DNA of 64,000 bases, taken from positions 344 to 64,343 of the forward strand of contig DAOUDX010000220.1 of assembly GCA_034430835.1 (NCBI GenBank), in the 5' to 3' direction. The notes beneath the pieces are model-generated. The model was not told the origin of the DNA, did not search any database, and was given only the letters and a program-made list of their open reading frames with translations. The stretch comes from Anaerolineae bacterium. GTDB lineage: Bacteria > Chloroflexota > Anaerolineae > B4-G1. The first letter of the stretch is position 1, and each line of letters starts with the position of its first letter. The position numbers and the translations under genes are program-made. Below are positions 50,417 to 56,979 of the stretch, one piece after another.

Positions 50417-51736
50417 TCACGAGAGGATGAACAGTGCCACACTCTCGACGTGATACGTCTGCGGGAACACGTCCACCGGCTGCACCTCGACCAGGCGGTA
50501 GCCGGAGGCCATCAGCCGCCCGGCGTCGCGGGCCAGCGTGGCGGGATCGCAGGAGACGTAGACTAGGCGCGCCGGTCGGTGCTCGACCAGCGCGTCCAGC
50601 GCGAGGCGATCCAACCCTGTGCGAGGTGGATCGATCACGGCAGCGTCGATAGCCACGTCCAGGTCGGGCAGCACCGCCTCGACCGGCCCCTCGATGACGT
50701 CCACGTTGTCGAAGGCGGCGGTGTTCTCCAGCAGATCCTCGACGGCTGCCGGGGCCAGTTCGATGCCGACGACCAGCCCAGCGCGCTCGGCCAGGGGCGC
50801 GGTGAAGAGTCCTACGCCGCAGTAGGCGTCCAGCACCGTCTCGTCCCCTTGCAGATCGAGATAGTCGATCACCAGCCGCACCAGTTGTTCGGCCTGGGGC
50901 ATGTTGACCTGGAAGAAGGACGGCGCGGAGATACGGTAGGCGCGGTCGGCGACGACCTCGGTGATGTGGTTGGAGCCGATGAGGTTGACGTGCTGGCCGT
51001 TGGAAAGGAGTAGCACGCAGGAGACGGGAAGATCGATCTCCAGAGCGGGGGGCAGATCGTCGGCCATCTCGAAGACCAGCATCTGGTCGCCGGTGGCGGT
51101 GCCTGCGCGTAGGGAGAGGCGCAGCAGGCCTTCAAGGCCTTGCCGTGAGCCTTCAGTCGAACGGTCGAGGTCGAGGGAAGCGTAGAGGTCGGCCAGGATA
51201 GGGTGAAGGATCAGGCACGCGTCGATGGCGACGGTCCTTCGACTTCGCCCTTCGATAAACTCAGGGCGTCGCTCAGGACGAATGCGGTTGCTGGCCGCCG
51301 CCTGGAAGCCGAGCTTCCCGCCGGGGGCAGGGCGGAACTGGGCGTGGTTGCGGTAGGCCCAGCCCTCAGAATCGGGGATAGTGGGGTGCACGGTTGGCTC
51401 GGCGATCTTGCCGATGCGCGCGAGCTGGTCGGCCACGATCTCGGCCTTGAAGCGCAGTTGCGCTGGGTAGTCGGCGTGCTGCCACTGGCAGCCGCCGCAG
51501 GCGCCGCCACCGGCGTCGAGGCCAAAGTAGGGACAGGGTGGCTCCACGCGGTCGGGTGAGGGCTCCAGAACCTCGACCAAGCGGGCGTGCGCGTAGCGGC
51601 CCTTGTCCTCGACGATCTCGACGCGTGCGGTCTCGCCGGGCAGCGCGTAGGGAACAAAGATGGCGCGGCTCTCGTGCCGGCCCAGCGCCGCGCCGCCGTG
51701 GGTGATGGTGGTGAGTTGGAGGTCGAAGGTGACCAT
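50417..51736 (-). CDS. RumA/TrmA-family SAM-dependent RNA (uracil-5-)-methyltransferase with TRAM domain and Fe-S cysteines
   Basis: ORF track 50417-52018; the first 94 codons are Arg-rich and overlap the upstream gene. ATG at 51736 (MVTFDLQLTTITHGGAALGR...). Cys cluster CPYFG...CGGCQWQH. MTase motifs LDAYCGVGLFT and ...IDPPRTGL...VYVSCDPATLARD. Confidence 0.85.
   Translation of the reverse strand: MVTFDLQLTTITHGGAALGRHESRAIFVPYALPGETARVEIVEDKGRYAHARLVEVLEPSPDRVEPPCPYFGLDAGGGACGGCQWQHADYPAQLRFKAEIVADQLARIGKIAEPTVHPTIPDSEGWAYRNHAQFRPAPGGKLGFQAAASNRIRPERRPEFIEGRSRRTVAIDACLILHPILADLYASLDLDRSTEGSRQGLEGLLRLSLRAGTATGDQMLVFEMADDLPPALEIDLPVSCVLLLSNGQHVNLIGSNHITEVVADRAYRISAPSFFQVNMPQAEQLVRLVIDYLDLQGDETVLDAYCGVGLFTAPLAERAGLVVGIELAPAAVEDLLENTAAFDNVDVIEGPVEAVLPDLDVAIDAAVIDPPRTGLDRLALDALVEHRPARLVYVSCDPATLARDAGRLMASGYRLVEVQPVDVFPQTYHVESVALFILS
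51234..51279. repeat. palindromic dispersed-repeat-like element inserted in frame in the methyltransferase gene
   Basis: GTCCTtcgacttcGCCCTtcgataaactcAGGGCgtcgctcAGGAC has nested inverted repeats. The gene frame reads RPERRPEFIEGRS. The other frames read LSLSKGEVEG and PFDKLRASLRT, which I recognise as typical translations of a repeat family common in Chloroflexi-type genomes (from memory, unverified). Confidence 0.6.
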
Positions 51737-51807
51737 CGCTGGCCTATTGTAGCTCAAACCTGCGGAACGCCAAGTGCTGGCGGTCCCGCGCGACTGCGAA
51801 ATCGCGC

Positions 51808-52803
51808 TTACTCGCCTGCGAGGTCCAAGTGGAGGGCGTGGACGCCGTCGTACTCCCGCCCCATCGCCACGCGCACGTCGCCGCTGCTCGCGTCGTAGAT
51901 GATCGACCACTGCGTGCCGTCCTGCGACACGTCGCTCAGGAGAGCCATAGCCTCCTGGGGAGAAAACTTTCCCTCGGCTTCCGCGAGCCATTCGTCGAGT
52001 ATGGCATACCGCCAGCACCCGCCATCCCCGGTGGCCGTGGCGCGCAGGTGGTTGGTCGCCAGGTGGAAGGGCGTCTCGTTGGGAATGACCACCATCTCAC
52101 CCGCATAGAACTCGACCAGCACCGCGCGCCCTGATGCGTCGGCGACGAGGTAGTGCAGGGGCGGGCCGCCGTCCCAGGTGACGTTGTAGCTCTCCATGGT
52201 GGCTACGGCCTCGTCCACATCGCGGGCGTGGTCGAGCATCTCCCGGATGACGGCCAGCGAACCAATGGCCTCTTTGGCCGGATCGTTGGGCATCTCACTC
52301 TCGGGCACGGCGGCCATGCCGACGACGAGTCCGTGCTCGTTCATGCCGTCGAAAGGCCAGAACGGTGCCGCCAGCAGCGGCTCACGCTCGGCCGGGGGCA
52401 GGTCGGTCAGCGACTTGACCCGGTCTTCCTCGACCAGGTAGGCGATATCGACCACTGAGACTGAGGCGTATCCGTCGGGTGGGTCGGTGAACAGGAGCAG
52501 GGCAGGGCTGTACTCCCAGTCAAAGTTGCGACCGTAGAGCACGTTGTCCTCGTCGCCCAGAACGGCGAAGAGTGAGCAGGCCCACGGATGCGCCGCGTGC
52601 GTTCCCGCCCGGTCGTTGTACTGATCGTACGCGCCGTGGAAGTGCATCGTGTAGAGCGGATAGTCATCCACCTTCTCCAGGCTGCGGAGCGTGGCAGCCT
52701 CGTCGTCTGTCAGGCCGTCCGGGGGGACAGCACAGCACCCAACCAGGAGCCACAGGATCAGCGCTAGCGCCAGGCTCCGGTATAGCAGCTTTTGGACGTT
52801 CAT
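51808..52803 (-). CDS. Ntn-hydrolase lipoprotein (peptidase C45 / choloylglycine-hydrolase-like linear amide hydrolase)
   Basis: 331-aa ORF. Lipobox LLVGCC. Putative nucleophile context HPWACSLFAVLG...LYGRNFDWEYSP. The exact family is uncertain. Confidence 0.6.
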   Translation of the reverse strand: MNVQKLLYRSLALALILWLLVGCCAVPPDGLTDDEAATLRSLEKVDDYPLYTMHFHGAYDQYNDRAGTHAAHPWACSLFAVLGDEDNVLYGRNFDWEYSPALLLFTDPPDGYASVSVVDIAYLVEEDRVKSLTDLPPAEREPLLAAPFWPFDGMNEHGLVVGMAAVPESEMPNDPAKEAIGSLAVIREMLDHARDVDEAVATMESYNVTWDGGPPLHYLVADASGRAVLVEFYAGEMVVIPNETPFHLATNHLRATATGDGGCWRYAILDEWLAEAEGKFSPQEAMALLSDVSQDGTQWSIIYDASSGDVRVAMGREYDGVHALHLDLAGE

Positions 52804-52815
52804 CGATCCCTCCCT

Positions 52816-53643
52816 TTACCCGAAAACTGCCACGGGGATCACGTCGTTCGGCAAGCCACACGCTTGCGCCAGCGCGTCGTCACGCCATCGCACTTCCCAT
52901 CGTCCTTCGCGCTCCAGCGCGGCAGAAGCCAGCGCGGCGTGGGCCATCACGATGCCCGCGTCGATGGGCTTGGGCCGTACCAGCGCCAGCACCAAGTCGT
53001 CGGGCCGGACGACGAAGCGCCACGGCTGGCCATTGTGAGCCGACGGGGCCAGGCGGGCGTGCTCCAGTACCGACACAAGCGTCGGGTCGTTGGCAGCGCG
53101 CGGCGACCAAGATTCTCCCCAGCGCTCGGCAAAGACGATCTTTTCCAGCGGTCTGCGCCTGCCGCCGGCCAGCCGGTGCACGGTCTGACTGCGAAGGCGG
53201 CCTAGGGCGCGCTCGCTGGGATATCCCAGCGCGACGACGGCTGCCGCCGTTTCTCCCTGAGACAGTCCTACCACGTCCCCGGCGCTCTGGGCATCGTAGG
53301 TGCCGGTGATCCAGCACGTGGCCAGACCCCGCCCGGTCGCTTCCAGGACAACCTGCTCCAGCACGTATCCCAGGTCGAGTCGAGCCAGGTCGCCTTTTTC
53401 TGGTACCACTCCGACCAAGAGGTGCGGCGGGGTTTGAATCAAGCCGTAGGAGCCGACGATGAATTTGATGACGCGCTGCGTCCGCTCCGCCCCGCTGATC
53501 AGCGCGACGCGCGGCAGTGTCTCCGTCAGCCGGTTGGTAGCGTTGGCGGCGGCAAGCAGCCGCTCCAGAACAACCTGTTCTACCGGGCGCTCCGCGTAGC
53601 TTCTAACGCTGACCCGCCGCTCAATCGTCTCCAGGATGTCCAT
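52816..53643 (-). CDS. nitroreductase-family protein
   Basis: 275-aa ORF. MDILETIERRVSVRSYAERPV... and ...LEHARLAPSAHNGQPWRFVV... Confidence 0.75.
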   Translation of the reverse strand: MDILETIERRVSVRSYAERPVEQVVLERLLAAANATNRLTETLPRVALISGAERTQRVIKFIVGSYGLIQTPPHLLVGVVPEKGDLARLDLGYVLEQVVLEATGRGLATCWITGTYDAQSAGDVVGLSQGETAAAVVALGYPSERALGRLRSQTVHRLAGGRRRPLEKIVFAERWGESWSPRAANDPTLVSVLEHARLAPSAHNGQPWRFVVRPDDLVLALVRPKPIDAGIVMAHAALASAALEREGRWEVRWRDDALAQACGLPNDVIPVAVFG

Positions 53644-54553
53644 CCTTTGCCTCGTCTACTTTTTCCTCAACTGCTTCCTGGTCCAGTATCCCCTCGCTCC
53701 TCAGTACCGCCTTGAGCGCCGTGATGGCCACCTCCAGCATCCCGTCGTCCGGCTCGCGCGTCGTCAGGCGCTGGAGCGCCATGTTGGGCGCGGCCAGCAC
53801 CCGCATCCAGGGCCGATCGATGAGGCGGGCCGACAGGCGGATGAACTCGTAGGAGGCGCCGGCGATAACGGGGAGCAGGATGAGCCGGCTGATCACTCGC
53901 CAACTCAGGGGCAATTTGCCAAAGGGGGCGAACAGGAGAAACGTTATCAGAGCTGCTGTGAGGAGAAAAGCCGTGCCGCAACGGGTGTGCGCCGTCGTAA
54001 AGTCGCGCACCTCCTCCACGGTCAGCCCGGCACCGGCCTCGTAGGCGTGGATCGTCTTGTGCTCCGCCCCGTGATAGGCAAAGACCCGCTTTATGTCGGG
54101 CAGGAAGCCGATGGCCCAGATGTAGCCGATGATGAGGGTCAGTCGCATGATCGCCTCGACCAGGCTGGTTAGCCATTCCGAGGGCAGGTAGGGGGCGACG
54201 AGTCCTGCCAGGAAGGAGGGCAGCATCATGAAGAGCGCGACGCCCAGTCCCAAGCCCAGGATCATCATTCCCCAGGTGGCAGGCCCTGCGAGAGACGCTT
54301 CTTCGCCCACTGCCACGTCTGCCGACATCTTGAGCGCCTTCGTCCCTAGGCCCAGTGCGTCCCACAGCATCACCAGCCCGCGCACGAAGGGGGTGCGGCT
54401 GATCGGGCCGGTGTAGAGTCTCTCGTTCAGCGGCTCTGTTTCCAGGACGATGTGTCCATCGGGGTGACGCACCGCAACGGCCATCGTGCGCGCTCCGCGC
54501 ATCATCACGCCTTCGAGAACCGCTTGTCCGCCGTAGTTGAATGATTTGCTCAC
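53621..54553 (-). CDS. DUF1385 (YqhQ-like) membrane protein
   Basis: ORF track 53621-54646, but its N-terminal extension runs through the heptamer palindrome. GTG at 54553 has AGGAGG 4 nt upstream and gives (M)SKSFNYGGQAVLEGVMMRG... ...FAYHGAEHKTIHAYE... is the DUF1385 hallmark. Confidence 0.85.
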   Translation of the reverse strand: MSKSFNYGGQAVLEGVMMRGARTMAVAVRHPDGHIVLETEPLNERLYTGPISRTPFVRGLVMLWDALGLGTKALKMSADVAVGEEASLAGPATWGMMILGLGLGVALFMMLPSFLAGLVAPYLPSEWLTSLVEAIMRLTLIIGYIWAIGFLPDIKRVFAYHGAEHKTIHAYEAGAGLTVEEVRDFTTAHTRCGTAFLLTAALITFLLFAPFGKLPLSWRVISRLILLPVIAGASYEFIRLSARLIDRPWMRVLAAPNMALQRLTTREPDDGMLEVAITALKAVLRSEGILDQEAVEEKVDEAKDGHPGDD

Positions 54554-54616
54554 AAGACCTCCTGGGCAATGTGGTGAGATTGTACAGTGGTGTGGTCGTG
54601 CTGTCAATGGTGGCGT

Positions 54617-54688
54617 GAAACGTAAAAAGTAAAACGTAAAGCGCAAAAGAGAGATTACGTTTTACGCCTTACGTTTTACGTTTCGCGC
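54617..54688. repeat. intergenic heptamer-tandem palindrome (AACGTAA-type units)
   Basis: gaAACGTAAaAAGTAAaACGTAAaGCGCAAaag-agagat-TACGTTTtACGCCTtACGTTTtACGTTTcgcgc. The arms are about 26 nt and lie between the HNH gene stop and the DUF1385 start. Confidence 0.85.
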
Positions 54689-54716
54689 AATTATGCAGCC
54701 CGTAGCCCGCCTTCTC

Positions 54717-55220
54717 CTACCACCCCTCCAAATACCTGGACCAGGTTCCGTTGCCGTCCTTGTAGCGCCCGTAGAGGTACTCTGCTGAGGGGCGCGGCTC
54801 GTGGGGTTGGCGCAACAACTTCATGTGAGCCTCCACCAGTGTGCGCCCGCCCTTGCGCCGGTTGCACTGCGGACAGGCAGCCACCAGGTTCTCCCAGGAG
54901 TGTTCACCGCCCCGATGACGTGGCACGATGTGATCGAGCGTCAGTTGGCTCGTCTCTCGGCCACAATACTGGCAGCGGTGATTATCGCGGCGCAGGATCT
55001 CGCGCTTGCACAGCCGCACGCGAGGGCGTGGGCTACGCACGACGTAGAACAGGCGGATGACGGACGGGCGCTCGTAGTTGCGGGAGATCGTGCGGATGAT
55101 GCCTCGTCCGTTCTCCAGCGCCATGGCCTTGTCCGCCAGGATCAACCCCATGGCCCGCCTGGTGGTGCAGACGTTGATCGGCTCGTAATTGCCGTTGAGT
55201 ACGAGTACGGGCTCGTTCAT
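54717..55220 (-). CDS. HNH endonuclease-domain protein
   Basis: ORF track 54717-55286. ATG at 55220 (MNEPVLVLNGNYEPINV...). ...RDNHRCQYCGRETSQLTLDHIVPRHRGGEHSWENLVAACPQCNRRKG is a complete HNH/zinc motif. Confidence 0.85.
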   Translation of the reverse strand: MNEPVLVLNGNYEPINVCTTRRAMGLILADKAMALENGRGIIRTISRNYERPSVIRLFYVVRSPRPRVRLCKREILRRDNHRCQYCGRETSQLTLDHIVPRHRGGEHSWENLVAACPQCNRRKGGRTLVEAHMKLLRQPHEPRPSAEYLYGRYKDGNGTWSRYLEGW

Positions 55221-55299
55221 CAGTGAACCATCCTCGGATGACGCTGCGACGACGCTCCGATGAGTCCGGCGGGAAGTATAGCACACCTAGCCTGAGTCG

Positions 55300-56067
55300 T
55301 CAAAGATCGGCTTGCTGCCACAGTCGGGCCAACTTGCGGTATTTCACCGCCTCGTAGTAGGCCATCAGCAAGCTCAGCCACAGGCCGTGCAGCCCATCCC
55401 GCACGCCTCCCAGTGTGAGGAACCGCCACAGAAAGTGGCGCACGGCTTGGGAATAGGGCGTGTAGAAACGGGGATGGATGCCTTCCTCGAACAGGATGGA
55501 TGCGTCGATGTCGGTGTAGCGTTGCTGCCGGGCGGTGAAATCGGTCAGGTCGGCGTAATTATAGTGGATGAGCGCGTTTCGCAGTTTGCCCTCCGGCCCG
55601 TCGGCCACGGCGATCTCGTGGACAGGCCGTTCCCAGCGCGTGCGGCCTCTCAGGAGCAGGCGCGGCTGATAGTCCGGGTACCAGCCTGCGCCCAGCGTGA
55701 GGCGGCCGAAGACGTAGTTGTGGCGCGGCACCCACCAGAGCACCTCTTCCCGGTCTCCCGCCGTCACCTCCCGTACTTCCACGGCCAACTCCGGCGTTCA
55801 GCGTTCGTCGGCATCCACGAACAAAACCCACTCGGCTTCTACCCGATCCAGTGCGGCGTTGTGGAACTGGGAAAAGCTCTCAAAGGTGTGCTGGAGAACG
55901 CGCGCGCCAGCTTCCCGGGCCAGCTCCGCCGTGCGATCCAGGGTGCGGGAATCGAGGAAGACGACCCGCTCATCCGCCCACGACAGGCTTTCCAGGCAGT
56001 CTACGATGTCGTGCTCCTCGTCTCGCGCGGGGACAATGGCAGTGACCTTCAAAGGATTTCCTTCCAC
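55300..56067 (-). pseudogene. family 2 glycosyltransferase interrupted by a single in-frame TGA
   Basis: ORF 55798-56067 ends ...WVLFVDADER-TGA. The same frame continues TPELAVEVREV... into ORF 55300-55788. The joined protein (~255 aa) has a GT2 N-terminus (VTAIVPARDEEHDI) and DAD motif. The stop occupies 55798-55800. Confidence 0.75.
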
Positions 56068-56975
56068 GTCTGGACGATCTGCTGGCAGGCTTCCATCATC
56101 TCAGGGGAGGCTTTGCGCTGGCGTCGCCGCATTCCAACGCGGACCAGCATCTTCGCCAGCCACCTTTTCAGCGGCCCGTGGTGGCGGGCGTAGAGCCACG
56201 CCCGGCTTCTCCACAGATTGATGAAGGAGGGAATGCGGACCTGCCCGCTCGACTGGCCGGCGCGGTGAATCACATGGGCGGCGGGGGCGCAGAGCGCCCG
56301 CCAGCCGGTCTCGCGCATGCGCCAGCACCAGTCGATCTCCTCGCAGTACATGAAAAAGTCTTCGTCCATCAGCCCCACGTCAGCGATGGCCTCGCCGCGC
56401 ACCAGCATCGACGCGCCCAGGGGATGATCCACGGTGAAGGGCTCGGTGCCTTCGTAGAGGCGACGCGGGTAGCGCCCGTTGAGGGGCGTATCGTAGAGCC
56501 GGGCGGGCAGGGGGAAAAGCTCGAACAGCAGTTGCACCAGCCCGGGGAAGCGAAAGGCCGAGTGCTGGAGCGAGCCGTCGGGGTAGAGGAGCTTGGGGCC
56601 GACGATACCTGTTTGAGGGTGGGTCTCCAGCGCGGCGACGAGCGCCGCCGTCGCCCCCGGCTGCACCTCCGTATCGGGGTTCAGCAGCCAGAAGTAATCG
56701 ACGGGCGGCGCTTCCCGATCCAGAATCTCGTTCAGTGCGCGATTGTTGCCCCGCACAAAGCCCAGGTTATCATCGCTGGCGACGAGGTGGACGTTGGGGA
56801 ACGCCTCCTCCACCATCTGCGGCGTGCCATCGGAGGACCCGTTATCGACCACCCACACCTCGGTCTCTAACTCGGTGCTTGCCAGGTCGGCGAGGAGGGA
56901 GCGCAGGCAGGCGGTCAGTAGCCCGCGCACGTTCCAACTGACAATGACGACGGCTAGGCCAGGCGACGTGACCAT
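56049..56975 (-). CDS. family 2 glycosyltransferase (rhamnosyltransferase/WbbL-like)
   Basis: 308-aa ORF. AVVIVSWNVRGLLTACLRSL...VWVVDNGSSDGT...SDDNLGFVRGNNRAL...EDFFMYCEEIDWCWR. Confidence 0.85.
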   Translation of the reverse strand: MVTSPGLAVVIVSWNVRGLLTACLRSLLADLASTELETEVWVVDNGSSDGTPQMVEEAFPNVHLVASDDNLGFVRGNNRALNEILDREAPPVDYFWLLNPDTEVQPGATAALVAALETHPQTGIVGPKLLYPDGSLQHSAFRFPGLVQLLFELFPLPARLYDTPLNGRYPRRLYEGTEPFTVDHPLGASMLVRGEAIADVGLMDEDFFMYCEEIDWCWRMRETGWRALCAPAAHVIHRAGQSSGQVRIPSFINLWRSRAWLYARHHGPLKRWLAKMLVRVGMRRRQRKASPEMMEACQQIVQTWKEIL

Positions 56976-56979
56976 CAGC

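Noticed and set aside
55798-55800. In-frame TGA in the GT2 gene as selenocysteine or a reassigned codon
   Set aside because: The position is normally a hydrophobic residue rather than a catalytic Cys. I see no obvious stem-loop immediately downstream. Many neighbouring genes use TGA as a genuine stop.
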